From contig OX597815.1 of NCBI GenBank assembly GCA_951406725.2, positions 184,202,001 to 184,266,000 of the forward strand: a stretch of DNA of 64,000 nucleotides, given 5' to 3'. Below, in pieces: positions 13,809-26,736 of this stretch; positions within the stretch are counted from its first letter, which is position 1, and each line of letters opens with the position of its first letter. The position numbers and the translations under genes are program-made. The notes beneath the pieces are model-generated. The model worked only from the letters and a program-made list of their open reading frames with translations. It made no database searches and was not told the origin of the DNA. This DNA is from Octopus vulgaris (lineage: Eukaryota).

Positions 13809-13877
<69 letters not shown>

Positions 13878-13899
13878 CTATAAATATATATATATATAC

Positions 13900-13932
<33 letters not shown>

Positions 13933-13959
13933 CATATCTATAAATATACATATATATAA

Positions 13960-14006
<47 letters not shown>

Positions 14007-14015
14007 CATATATAA

Positions 14016-14055
<40 letters not shown>

Positions 14056-14230
14056 ATAAATATACATATATATATATATACATATATATAAATATACATA
14101 TATATATACATATATATATAAATAGATATATACATATATACAGATATATATATACATATATATATACATATATATATATATACATATATATAAATACAAA
14201 AATAAATATATATATATATATATATATATA
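13682..14230. repeat. About 550-bp (TA)n array with recurring CATATCTATAAA interruptions
   Basis: Direct observation; higher-order unit recurs. Confidence 0.95.
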
Positions 14231-15411
14231 CCTACATTTCTGTGTGTGTATGTGAGTGATTGAGTGTAAAATACAGAGAGGAAGCAAGAATCAAAATCCC
14301 ATTGTAAAGTAGCCAAATGCAGTCTTTTGTCGAAACATCATGTCTACTGACAAATGTTATAAACGTTGTTTTGTTTGTGTATTGAAATGGCAAATTACAC
14401 GACGGATCATTTGGTGCGTATTTGAAGCTGTTAAATTCAGAAGCTCATAGCACGCTTCGGTTAACAACTTCTGAAACCTCTCTAATTTTATTGGTATGTT
14501 TGACGTATTTTTCTCTAACTTGACATCCTATACCGACATCGACTGTAATTCTAGCAGTTGCTTAGGATTTTGCAGTTGTATCTGGTGTCTACTTTGGAGT
14601 TTACAACGTGTTTTTCTATGAGTAATTATAGGAACGTTACTCTACACACAAGTTACAACATATTTGACGCGTTTAATTTGCACGGTTTTATTACGTAAAA
14701 TGCGATATTTATTTATGCCATGTTCGTTTACGATCTTAGTGTCTTTTGATTAATGACTGAGTTTTTGGTTACTCTTCGCTGTCTTTTCTTTTTTGGATAC
14801 ACCGTGTCGAGGCAGATGAAGTTTCGTGTTGCAGTTTTTTTCCCCTTCTGTATTTATGTGTTAACTTAAGAGGAATTCATTTGCTTTATCTTTCTGTGTG
14901 ATCATTTACGATCTTACTGCATTAGTTGATGTTTTATTTTTTCTTTCTGTCAGTATATAAATAAGATACTCATTCTCTTATGCACGCCGTTAACATTTTT
15001 AGAATGTTTCTGAATGGGTAGATTGCTTGTAAACTTTATCCGGTGGAATTGGCAGAGATTTATCTCGCTTGAAATGCTGTTATAACAACCAGCGAACAAG
15101 TTCTAAAATAGTAAATGTTATGTCGATAAACAAAGAGCTTACAACAAAATTAGAACAGAAAAGCTTCTTTGTATCTTACCTTTTTAAAATTAAAAGTATA
15201 AATAGTATGTATGCATATATATATAAATATGTGTGTGTGTATATATTATTTCCAGCAAATGGGATTTCCTGATGATTTTTGTTTAATTTTACATGTTATA
15301 TATCTGCACAATTATATATCGTAGTAACATAAATGTATCTGTTACTAGAATACGCATAAAAGTTCATGGGTTCATATGTTTTGCGGTCTTTATACATTGG
15401 TAAATGTTTTT

Positions 15412-15841
15412 ATCTTGCTTCTTAGGTGTTTGAGCCATTAAACTGCGGTCATACTGGGGCATCACCTTGAAGAAATTTTAGTCGAATGTATCGACCCCAG
15501 TATTTATTTGTTTTTTTTTAAAGTCTGGTAACTTATCTATCAGTATCTTTCGCCGAACCGCTAATCTACGGAAATGTTAACACATCAGCACCGCGTCTCA
15601 AGTGGTTGTGTTGGGATAAACACTGGCATAAATACAAACACATACACACACACATATGGAAATGTATACAAGCATACGGCGGGTTTCTTTCAGTTTCCGT
15701 CTAGCAAATCCACTCACAAGTCTTTGGTCAGCCCGAGACTATAGAAAGAGACAGTTGCACAAGGTGCCACGCTGTGGAACTGAACGCGGAACCATGTGAC
15801 TTGGAAGTAAACTTCCTACCACACAACCACGACTGCTCCTA
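15412..15841 (-). mobile_element. SINE family B, diverged
   Basis: Reverse-complement match to family B head, body and tail. Confidence 0.8.
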
Positions 15842-15843
15842 TT

Positions 15844-15875
<32 letters not shown>

Positions 15876-15916
15876 AGTATATACAGACACACATACGTGT
15901 ATATATATATATACCA

Positions 15917-15949
<33 letters not shown>

Positions 15950-16962
15950 TCTTTTATCCTTTTACTTATACATACACACGTGTTATTAGTTAATAAATCG
16001 TATGTTATACATCTTGTAGTTTGTTGGTAAAGCACGTTCACTGCCTCAGCGTTCGTTGGACAAATGAGATTCACGGAATATGGAAGGTACGAGAAAGTTT
16101 ATTGATTGCTACAATTGTTTCCACCCACCTAGCATCGATCCATCGCATGTGGGATTCTGAACATCTGGTTCAGGTGTTTCCTTCGGTGTCTCCGCAGGTG
16201 ATTTCTAGAGGCATCTCATTAAAATAAACTTTGGCGAGATTTCTTTTTGGTCTTCGTAAATAGAAATGGCAAATTAAGGGATACAGTTTCATTCTTTATA
16301 GAAGATCCATAACAAATATCAGATACGAAAAGAAAGAATTACATAATACGGCGGAAAAATTATTCGATATGACTGAATATGGATGCACAAAACGCCCACA
16401 CATAGGTGGCCTGGCATACGTACACACTTATAAGCATACATAGACGCGTGGCTTGGTGCATATACGCTCGCACACAGAATTAAGTAGATATTGATAAAGC
16501 CATTGCTTATTACTGGCTAGTGATACGACTCCACTGGGTGAGGTATCACAAATTCTGTTGTGCAGTTCACTGGATCTGGCTTGTATGCTTATAGCAGTTG
16601 TACAGTCATAAATACTGACATAGTTGATGTGTATTTTTGAATGACTAATGAAATAACCGATAGACTGTAGAAAGCATCAATGCCACGGTTAGGATAACTA
16701 GTGTGGATAACCGTAGATTTTTCTATAGTGTTGTTGAGCCCGAAGTTCTTAAACAGTCTAAAGAATTGTTTCCTATGCCTCCAGCCCCCCTACCCCCCAG
16801 TTGTTCTTTACTACTTCGTGCTATTCTTCCTGGACCGAAATAGTTTTGTACAATAGAGAACAATAACGATTCCATCTTCAGTCTTCTGTCTCACTCATCA
16901 ATCAAATTTATATATACATACATACACACATATATACATACATATATACATACATTCATATA

Positions 16963-17002
<40 letters not shown>

Positions 17003-17076
17003 AATAAGGATAATATCGATATTATCAAGTGGCCAGCATGGGAAAAAAATACCATACAAAGGTAATAATTTTTTAC

Positions 17077-17322
17077 AACTAAAAATAAGGGTGTCTGAGA
17101 GACACCACCATGCCGAAATAGCAGTCAAATCCCTGACTCTAAAAACCACCTTAAATGTTCATGCTGCACCATGAGATAAGACAGAAGGACAAAGTAGACT
17201 AGTAATATCTTTTTGCTAGTCTACTTTGTCTTATCTCATGGTGCGATATGAACATTTAAGAATCAGGGATTTGACTGCTATTTCAGCATGGTGGTGTCTC
17301 TCAGACACCCTTATTTTTAGTT
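17077..17322. repeat. Long inverted repeat (about 115-125-bp arms, about 13-nt loop) between (TA)n tracts
   Basis: aactaaaaataagggtgtctgagagacacc...gtagactag / ctagtctac...ggtgtctctcagacacccttatttttagtt. Confidence 0.9.
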
Positions 17323-17525
17323 ATATATATATATATACATACAGGCATGCATGTGTGTGCGCGCGTGCGTCTGTGTGTGTTATGGAATTTATTAAAACGT
17401 GATTAGCATATAGATATAGCTCTGCTCTTGCACCGCATCTAACCTCATTCAGGGGACCAATGATAAAAGATAATAGGGTATCTAACTCGTCTTGCAATGT
17501 ATCAAAATCTACATTCGAGAATATA

Positions 17526-17883
17526 TAGGGTCATCCGAAAGCCTAGTCACACTCTACCGAAAAGTAATAAGAACAATAGAGGAACAACATAATAATATCA
17601 AATACATTTAACCGGTTTTAGTATATTCACTTTCATGGACGCTGACACTCACACGTCGATAAGGTTTGTATAAACACCATCAGTTTCGTGTCACAGATTG
17701 ATGCGGTGGCATCCTCCGGTGTGATATTTTACGAATCTGTGATTTGGTGGTTGTTGCAAAGCTGCCAAAACAGCGTCCTTCAACTGTTGAATATTCTGGT
17801 ATCGCTCTTGTGAAAACCTCTCTTTGATAATAGAAAATTAAAACAATATTTACAGGTGGTGACAAGACTTTCCGACCACCTTA
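17526..17883 (-). mobile_element. Internally deleted Tc1/mariner element with possible transposase C-terminal remnant
   Basis: Imperfect TIRs tagggtcatccgaaag / ctttccgaccacctta with TA flanks; minus strand encodes YQNIQQLKDAVLAALQQ, resembling the C-terminal helix of Tc1/mariner transposases. Confidence 0.55.
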
Positions 17884-19268
17884 TACATTCCGTTTTGTAA
17901 TGAGGGCAGGTTTTTTTAAAGGCATTTGGTTACTATTTCTAGTCTGTCCAGCGATATGTAGAGCAACACTTTCTGGTTCGTTGTAACAATGCAATAATTT
18001 TAATACGTGAAATTTTTACTTTATTTTTTAGAAATTTGCCATCGTTCAAAGAACATATGTTTCACCCATATTGCATTGAAGTGTTGTACTGTTTTTCTCA
18101 ACTATGCTCATATTAATATTTATCGCTCTTCGAATAAACGGTTACATTTTTTGCAACAAGAAAATGGAGTTAAGATTTCCGTGTACATCATAGGAGATGT
18201 TTACAATAGTGAGAAATTGCTTGCCAATAACTGAAGAGTGAATGCAGGCGGATCCATTCCCTTTATAATTAAGAACAAGTCACCTTTGAAATTTTTCATG
18301 ATAATCTTGTAATATATATTGCTTCTTATCGTCACTGAAAGAAAAAGATGTATTTAAACATTTATCGTTACGTATATTTTGTATTCATTCTATATCTTTA
18401 AAAAAATCGATTATATAACAGAGATATGGAAAATCCATATGTCTTTTATTTGGAGGGAGATTTTTTTCGTTCCTGTTACAATCAACTCTATTTATATAAT
18501 TCTGAATATAACCAATCACATGAAAATGATTGTCTAAAATTTGAATTTTTATGTAATTAAATTCGAAAAATAAGAGTTAAAAATTCAGGTGAGAAGTGAT
18601 TCATTAATAAAAAAAGTTTTAATATAACTTTATATGGTATTTCCCTTAATTTCATCTCTGCCACTTTCCGAATATAAATGTGTAACAGCAGCAAATACGT
18701 AGAGATATTGCACACTCCTAGCAGTACAAACACACACAAGAAAAACAGACACAAACATGCACAGACATATACACACACACAAACATACATAGATACTCAT
18801 GCACTACCACAGATCTAAATACCTATCGTGTACCATATATATATCAATATATGTGTACAGATGTATAAAGCGAAGTCAGATTACCAATGAGCTTAACTGT
18901 CAGCAGGTAAGCAACACTAGCAAGAAAAGGGGTGTGTATTTACAGATGTGAATTAACTGAAGAAGAAGCAATCCAGATATAGGGGGAAGGGGAGACAAGT
19001 AGGCCAAAAGAGAAGAAAGAAGGTAAGCTGTCTCAGAAGCAAAAACGCCTTATATATTAATAATGTAAACCCACCACACAACGACACATATATATTATTA
19101 GTTTTGAAGTTTGGCACAATGCCAGCAGTACATGAAAGGCAACGTTATATTATGGTACCCCTAATATATGCATGTATGTACATACGCATATTTATGCGTG
19201 TGTGTACATGTGTATACGTCCGTCCCTCCCTCCCTCCATCCATCCATCCATATATATATATATATATA

Positions 19269-19497
19269 TTTCTTTACTACCCACAAGGGGCTAAACATAG
19301 AGTGGACAAACAAGGACAGACAAAGGGATTAAGTCGATTACATCGACCCCAGTGCGTAACTGGTACTTAATTTATCGACCCCGAAAGGATGAAAGGCAAA
19401 GTCGACCTCGGGGGAATTTGAACTCAGAACGTAACGGCAGACGAAATAAGGCTACGCATTTCGCCCGGCGCGCTAACGTTTCTGCCAGCTCGCCGCC
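19269..19497 (-). mobile_element. SINE family A, monomer with tail type 1
   Basis: Near-consensus reverse-complement copy inside a (TA)n tract. Confidence 0.9.
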
Positions 19498-19499
19498 TT

Positions 19500-19537
<38 letters not shown>

Positions 19538-19850
19538 GGATAGCGCATGGTTAGCGCATTCTGCTCACGATCGTAAGGTCGTGAGTTCAATTCCCGTCGA
19601 CGCACTGGTGTCCTTGAGCAAGACACTTTATTTCCCATTGCTCCAGTCCACTCAGCTGGCAAAATTGAGTAGTATCTGTATTTTAAAGGGCCAGCCTTGT
19701 CACACTCTGTGTCACGCTGAATCTCTCTGAGAACTACGTTAAGGATACACCTGTCTGTGGAGTGCTCAGCCACTTACAGGTTAATTTCACGAGCAAGCTG
19801 TTCCGTTGAGCGTATAAGCTGTGACGATCGTCGTCGTAACCAACGGAGTG
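19538..19850 (+). mobile_element. SINE family C (tRNA-derived, CORE-like body)
   Basis: tRNA-like head with GAGTTCAATTCCC B box followed by GTGTCCTTGAGCAAGACACTT motif; flanked by (TA)n. Confidence 0.75.
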
Positions 19851-19869
19851 GTCCTATATAAATATAATG

Positions 19870-19928
<59 letters not shown>

Positions 19929-21399
19929 CATATATATATAACATATATATAAGAGAGTTAACGATATATTTATATATAAATTTTCACTGTCTCCCTGGTT
20001 TCTATGTGCTAGGCCACTTGCTGTTAAACTGACGGTATTATTAAATTATTATCTAATTTTTCACCCTTATTTATGAATATATATATATATATATTCTACA
20101 CGTTTAGAAATATAGGAAAAATGCACTGAGAATAGTGAAAATATTATTTTATTATTATATCTAAACATCTAACCGGTTTCACACTTTACACTGATTTTCA
20201 AAAAGTCTAAATAGAACGACATGGCTCATGTCGCAGCTGTCTTGCTTCAGACTAGTGTTTAACGCTTGCCCTATTTTTATGCAGAGTTCATGGCTCAAAT
20301 TAGCATGTTTTGAATAGGATTTGATTGTTAGAGTATAAGTCACATGACTAGTCTTAGAAATTTTTGTACGTTCCCCGCTAGGTCCGTGTGTTAGTATCAA
20401 GTGACAATGTTTGGTGATGAACAAAATTAAATGTTACCAGTTTGCATCAGGTCTCTGGCCTCTCTGCTTCACTCCTAGAAGTGTTGACAAAATAAAGTAC
20501 CAGTCAACTATCAAAAATGAGATTAGCGATCGTTTCCATTCCCGTTTCATATAAAAGAATATAAATGTTATTATTATGCGACCCATTATATAATCTGAGT
20601 TCGAAATATGAAAAGCCACATTTCGATTTTATTTTTTACAGGTTGATAGAGAGAGTCAGGAATGTGTTGAGATCCAATTACACCTAAACTACCAAAGCCT
20701 CTATGCCATTGCTGACTTGTGCTGATATGCAAAAGTAACACGGTTTGTACAGTTTGACTATAATTTATATATATTCAGTCTTTCGAAAAGAAAATCAATA
20801 AATATCCTTCAGCAGATAAACAAGGGATATAAATAAAATTCAAAACCAACAAACGAGAACTGAAACAAGACATTTATTTAGTAGTATTCAGAAATAAGTT
20901 ATATTCTCAAAATGCATATCTTTTTATGGAAATGTATTTTCATCAAACGGATGTGCTTGGATATAGTAAAAACGTGTCCTTTCACAGATATTTATTGAAT
21001 TATTCGGATAAAACTATATAGCAGTTTACTGAACAAGGTGTCACTAGAAACACACTTTGCTGAGCCAATATGAAAGTTCTTGTCATGGTAGCTATCACAG
21101 TAAAGTTTGTTGTAGTAAAACCTCCACATTTAAATGGGAATATATATTACTTCTCGGTATTAAAACTGCCTCTGTTGCTAATATATATATTTCTAGCAAG
21201 CTCATTGCTTAATCACCACATCAGTTCTGGCACTGTTATTCTATATATCCCTGGCGGGAGGATAAATCGCTGCTATTTTTAGTGATGGAACGTCCATCAT
21301 CAACAAGACTAGGGAGGGTCGAAACCACGTGATGAAGTGGTTTCCGCGCTGGAGGTATCAAGAATTTTTCTCCTGTCTGCCAAATCTATCTATCTATAC

Positions 21400-21600
21400 A
21401 AACTCTCCATATTTTTTCTCTCCTTGTTTTTTTTTCTCTCCTTATTTCTCTCCTTGTTTCTTTCTGGGTTCCTTTCTGTGGAAGAGCGTAGGCTCGAAAC
21501 GCAAAAGAATTTTTTTTATTCCTGAGCGTTATACTCATACATCTGTTTGTTTTGTACACCACCTGTCTTCGTCTTTTGTTTTCTTCGTAAACTCTCTCTG
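21400..21600 (+). mobile_element. Short hammerhead-bearing repeat, family F (Penelope pLTR-like)
   Basis: Pyrimidine tract + CTGTGGA-a-gagc/gtag/gctc-GAAAcgca; homologous to 26240-26385 on the opposite strand. Confidence 0.65.
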
Positions 21601-21794
21601 TACAAACACACTTACGTTTATGCATTTATGTATTTGCTTTTTTATGTATTTAGTCTTTTGAAAATGTATTTGTTTTTTTACAAGATTCTTAATGCTAAAT
21701 CGTACGTTGAAATAGATAGTGTTATATCTGGCGACGGTCATCTGTTACCAATTACACACGCACTGTTTATTTAATCTTCACTTTATTATTATTA

Positions 21795-21965
21795 GAATCG
21801 CTAGAATACCGAGCAAAATACTTAGCGTTCTGAGTTCTAATTCTTCTGATATTTTCTTTGCTTTTCATCCTTTCGGGGTTAATAACAGAAGAACCAATTG
21901 AGTACAGGGATCGATGTAATCGACTTACCCCCATCTCCGGAATTGTTGGCCTTGTGCCAAAATTT
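21795..21965 (+). mobile_element. Old SINE family A-related copy
   Basis: Degenerate TTCATCCTTTCGGGGT core and tail-2-like end. Confidence 0.6.
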
Positions 21966-21989
21966 GATAGCAACATCATCAGCAGCATC

Positions 21990-23165
21990 ATCACTATATG
22001 CAAACTCACAGCGTATTCTGCTGGATATGTTGGAAAGGGTCAGATGTCTTTAGCCAAGATTAAGGTGGCACTTCTTTACTCGTTATACTTCAAGGACCCG
22101 GCAAAGAATTCTTGCAGTTCTAAGCAATGCAATGTTTTTGTGTTCTACCTTCACGCTTGCACTAACCTTTTTCAGCCATGCTGGTAGTTGAGTGCTGATA
22201 CTTCCAAGTGCACCAATTACAATTAGTATCATGTTTACTCTCTTCATTGATCACAACCTTCGTATTTCCCACTTCAGATCGTCATAGTTGTTTATTTTTC
22301 TTCTTCTTCCATATTGATAATATTACCACCGAGGCATGCCATGTCGATTATTATACATGTCCTTTCTTTTTTATTCACCACAACAATGTCCAGTTTCCGA
22401 TGTCTGGTCGCGCGATCATACTGGATCATTCCATCCCACAGGATTTTGCAATTCTCATTTTCGGTAACTCATTCTGAAGTTTGCTCATATCACGTCTTTG
22501 ATCTTTGTAGGCCGTGGTTTCCACAGAGCTCCCAATGGATCTTTCTTGCCATATTGTCATGGCGTCTTTTCTATTCGCGTTGTGCCAATTCCGGCCATTC
22601 GCTAACGATGTGCCCTACCGTTTTACACCTCTCACCGCACATTCTGCATTTGTCGCTACCAATAGTGTTGTTAATTCTGCACTTCATATAATTGGTCCTT
22701 AACGCTTGTTCTTGAGCTACGCATATGAGTACTCCTGTCTCTATCTTCAGGTCACTCCATCTCATCCCTAGCCACCAGTCCTCTGTATCTGTCTTGGCAT
22801 TCACATTTCCTGCAAACAGTCCGTACATTTTCTTTTCCTTCCATGCTTTTCGTTCTTTTTTGTTCATTTCTTGTTTAAATTTATTTTTAGTTACACAATT
22901 TTCAGTGTTGATGACGCCGGCCTTCTTCGTATTTCCCAACAGTGACTCCACCCTAGGCTGTTTTCCTCTGTTTCGATACAGTCCTGGCAACTGATCAAAT
23001 CTCTCCCACCCTTCCTTCAGACAAGAACAGCCTGATGGTGTCACTCTTTGGAAGGCTCCGTGTACTGTCGACAGTCTTCTGGTCTTGATATCCATTTTTT
23101 TCATCTCTGTCTTTTGCGATTTTATAATTCCCGCTCCAGACCGAAGTGATGCAATCGCCCACTTT
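21990..23165 (-). mobile_element. R4/Dong-clade non-LTR retrotransposon, 5'-truncated and decayed
   Basis: Translation includes AQEQALRTNY, a degenerate CCHC knuckle (KCRMCGE..TVGHIVS), RHD..ARKIHW, KILWD, and restriction-like endonuclease region KLDIVVV..CIIIDMA; stops and frameshifts; adjacent to an (AAT/AAC)n tract. Confidence 0.85.
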
Positions 23166-23440
23166 GTTATTATTGTTGTTGTTGTTATTATTATTATTGC
23201 TATTATTACTATTGTGATTGTTGTTGTTATTATCATTATTATTATCAACGTCTTTATCACTTTACTGGTCAAAATCTTTCGTCACACATTCTGTGACTTC
23301 ATCAGCGACTTTTTGTATATTGTATCTCTTCTCTCTCATCCTGCCCTGTCTATTTCAGTTTGTGATTGTAACAGAAATTCGCTAAAGAGGCCACAGAATG
23401 TGCAACGAAAGAATTCTAACAAATAAACGGATAATAATAA

Positions 23441-23916
23441 TGTCTTGGTATAAAGGATGGGCTACAGCAAATAATCTGCTCAATACCACAGATTTGCTTG
23501 TCAGTTGTTTGCCCTTAACGAGTTGACCATATCCCTATCTGTCTGACGATATGTGCATCTCTGATCACAAGCAGATGTAGTGGGAGAGCATCATAGCCAT
23601 GTGTTGAGAGGGATTCTTTGGGGTTTTAATAATTCACCACTGGAAACATGGCTGTTTCGTTCAACATCCTTAAACAACCCTTATTCAAGGACCTTTTGAG
23701 CGGCATCGGCTACTCGACCAGAACAAAATTCTAACTGGGCCCCACCTGCTAGGTCATGCGCTGTTTATCTTAATATGAGATCACCATGTCGCGCACATAT
23801 GGTTGTGATGCATGTGCCTGGTGTACCTTTATCAGACCGGTAGTCATGATGGGTATACTGGGATTCGTATACTTTACCCCTGTGTCACTTTGATGGCATG
23901 CACTACTCTCTCACTC

Positions 23917-23953
<37 letters not shown>

Positions 23954-24101
23954 TTAATAATAAATGCCCTGATGCAGTACCAGGCAGTGGCTCTCATGGC
24001 TTCTGATCTTAACTGATTGGAAGCGTTATCATGTACATTGTTTTGCCTTGGTATAAAAGATGGGCTACAGCAAATATTCTGCTCAATACCACAGATTTGC
24101 T
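23441..24101 (+). mobile_element. Two head-to-tail copies of a non-coding retroposon ending in (AAT)n
   Basis: 23443-23499 is repeated at about 24047-24101; first copy ends ...ctctctcactc(AAT)n at 23917-23960; second begins aaatgccctgatgcagtacc. Confidence 0.65.
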
Positions 24102-24383
24102 TATGCTCATTCACGTGTTCTCGTGCTCACGTGCTCTCTTGAACACCTAAGTCTGCATGTTTTTTTTCCCCTGACCTTATAACATTGGTACAGCAGATTT
24201 GAAATAACTTTAGTCACAACTGGAGAATAATATTTCAACAAGTACTATTCTTATTATTTGCATGTGTGCTTCTAAGCTGGAAGGCACGTTCCGGTGCACA
24301 CGTGCGTATGCATATTTTTAATGTGCACGCGCGCGTAATGCATGATTAATGATTCGTGTGCAAACAATTAAGAGCCATGGGAA

Positions 24384-24420
<37 letters not shown>

Positions 24421-24747
24421 AGAGAAATGGAGATAAAGTGTCAAAGATAGAGTGTGTGTGTGTGTGTATAGACATGATTTATAGTATCTGCGCTCGTGGT
24501 TTATCAACTTTTAACGTAATTCAAAATTAAATTTCGCATTCGGTTCCCAATCTTATAGTCTACCAGGTTTGTGCTCTCGTCAGCTATATTTACAAATAGC
24601 TATATCTTCATAAATATATATCCCACGTTAAACTCTACTGACAGGGTATTCTTGCTTATTATTGCTGCAATATGATATATATCAGTGGTATGAAATCATT
24701 CATATCTACTTCATAAGATAGCTGAACATACGATTAGATAAACATTA

Positions 24748-24770
24748 GTAATAATAATAGCAACAACCGT

Positions 24771-24807
<37 letters not shown>

Positions 24808-24809
24808 GA

Positions 24810-24854
<45 letters not shown>
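24748..24854. repeat. (AAC)n-(AAT)n microsatellite
   Basis: Direct observation. Confidence 0.95.
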
Positions 24855-24855
<1 letters not shown>

Positions 24856-25215
24856 GCGGTGGCTAAGGAGTACTACATATGCTATATAGTTGACCTTGTA
24901 TGTCCCTTTGACCTACGAATAGCCATTAAGGAAGGTGAAAAGTTGGATAGATACAACCCTCTCAAGTACAAAAATAGTCCGGCTATGGAAAAGGAAGAAA
25001 AGGAAGACAGTGCCAATTATTGATGGGTTGTTTTTGAGGACAGTATCAGAAGGTATCAAGGGAGTTGTAAAGGAAAATGGAATAGAGAGCCCGGTAGAAC
25101 TGTTACAAAAGTTTTGCCTCCTTGGCACGGCCAGCAAAATCAGGAAAGTATTTGATATCTGATAGCATAGGCTGATGGTAGTGAGCACGCCAGTGTAACC
25201 TCCAGACTTCATCAG
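24855..25215 (+). mobile_element. 3' end fragment of an R4/Dong-like LINE
   Basis: Encodes ...TVPIIDG...ELLQKFCLLGTASKIRKVF*, the typical C-terminus of RLE-clade elements; immediately downstream of (AAT)n. Confidence 0.75.
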
Positions 25216-25283
25216 GTATATTGGGGGAAATTTCGAATTTGGGTTCTCAATCCTAAGGCATTTTTCGCTGTCATTAATATTAT

Positions 25284-25370
25284 TCAGGTTACTGCCTGGA
25301 ATCGAACTCGGAATCTTGGGGTTTGTAGCCCGTGCTCTTAACCATTATGCCATATGCCCACGGGCATATG
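25284..25370 (-). mobile_element. Short tRNA-derived repeat or tRNA pseudogene
   Basis: Minus strand TGGCATAATGGTTAAGAGCAC...GAGTTCGATTCC (A and B boxes), no clean acceptor stem; palindromic start catatgccc-ac-gggcatatg. Confidence 0.6.
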
Positions 25371-26208
25371 AATGATATCGTACAAATATATGAAGTAAGG
25401 TTACAAATGCTTATATTGATTCAGAAATTTGTAGGTAGATATATTATCTTTTCATAGGAGCAGGAATGGTAGTTAACTATATTGGAATCGAACCGTAGAT
25501 TGTAAAGAAACAAACACATTTTGTATGGTTTTCTACTCATTTTGTCCATCAAACTGAGCTGAGAAAGAAACGAATAATTGCTCCTTACTTAAGCACAAGA
25601 CCAGAAAACTTCAGCTGAAGAAACTGTGCATAATATCAATTCTCAAATAAATGCCTTGTAATTTGTATTATGAACGCGAAAGGACAAAAGGCAGTGAACT
25701 CTGAGTGATTTGAAATCAAAAGACAATATGTTATAAATAAATACAAACATTTTTTCGTAATCTTTCAAGACAGTAACAATAAAAAAGACTTATAAAAAGA
25801 ATCATCAATAATAATAATAATACTCATAATATGTTGAATAATTCATCATGGGCGCAGAGGTGTCTCGTTAAAGATCGAAAAAACACACGTTCCCGCTTGT
25901 TGCGGATGTTTTATGGGTTGGAATACTATTAATAAAATCTGTCCAATAAAAAATTAATGTTAAAAAAGCCAGAAACAGCAGAGTACACTATAGCTACATA
26001 GTATCGATTTTTTTCTCTATTTTAAGTGCAAGACAGAGGTGGAACGATGTACTATAAAGTGACTAAAATTCAGTGTAAATGAACTCAGACTTCTAGGATT
26101 GGAAATGCTCCGTATTGCAAGAGGTGAAGTAAAACGACGAGAAACGTAATAATTATATAAGATGTGAAATATTACGCGTTTGTATACAAACGCAGGTAAA
26201 TGTACACA

Positions 26209-26239
<31 letters not shown>

Positions 26240-26385
26240 GGAGGGTTTACAAACAAAACAAAAGACGAAGACAGGTGGTGTACAAAACAAACCGATGTAA
26301 TAGTATAACGCTCAAGAATTGAAAAAGTCGTTTACGTTTCGAGCCTACACTCTTCTACAGAAAGGGACACAGAAAAAAGAAGGCT
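26240..26385 (-). mobile_element. Short hammerhead-bearing repeat, family F
   Basis: Motif 26331-26363 minus: ttt-CTGTAGA-a-gagt/gtag/gctc-GAAA-CG-TA-aa; flanked by (TA)n. Confidence 0.65.
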
Positions 26386-26446
26386 AACGATCTATCAAAC
26401 ATATATATATACAAAAATATATGAATATACATATATATATATATAT

Positions 26447-26630
26447 AAAGTTAATCCAAACAAGAAAACACAAAAAAACACAGCAACGCGAGGACGTGGA
26501 ACAAATAAAGTATTACTGGACGCTCAGGAAAGAAGGGAAGGAGGGTTTAACGTTTCGAGTGGAGCTCTTCGTCGGAAACAAAGGAGAAGGAAAGACAGAG
26601 GAAAAAAAATTGCTGGCGGTGCTCACGAGG

Positions 26631-26632
<2 letters not shown>
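26447..26632 (-). mobile_element. Short hammerhead-bearing repeat, family G
   Basis: Motif 26545-26579 minus: gttt-CCGACGA-a-gag/ctcca/ctc-GAAA-CG-TT-aaac; second copy at 45721-45940. Confidence 0.65.
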
Positions 26633-26721
<89 letters not shown>

Positions 26722-26736
26722 GTTTTAAATATTTAA

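Noticed and set aside
16095-16140. Minus-strand GAAA-caattg-TA half hammerhead; similar degenerate case at 3380-3415
   Set aside because: The CUGAnGA half is missing or too degraded to support a call
17090-17130. CTGAGAGA...GAAATAGCAGTC within the hairpin arm as a hammerhead
   Set aside because: Core spacing is wrong and there is no stem II pairing
19538-19605. SINE heads (families A-D) as tRNA genes
   Set aside because: No complete cloverleaf; each continues into a SINE body and tail
22571-23272. 233-aa ORF as a host zinc-finger or membrane protein
   Set aside because: N-terminus is a translated AAT/AAC tract and the rest is a frameshifted R4/Dong LINE remnant
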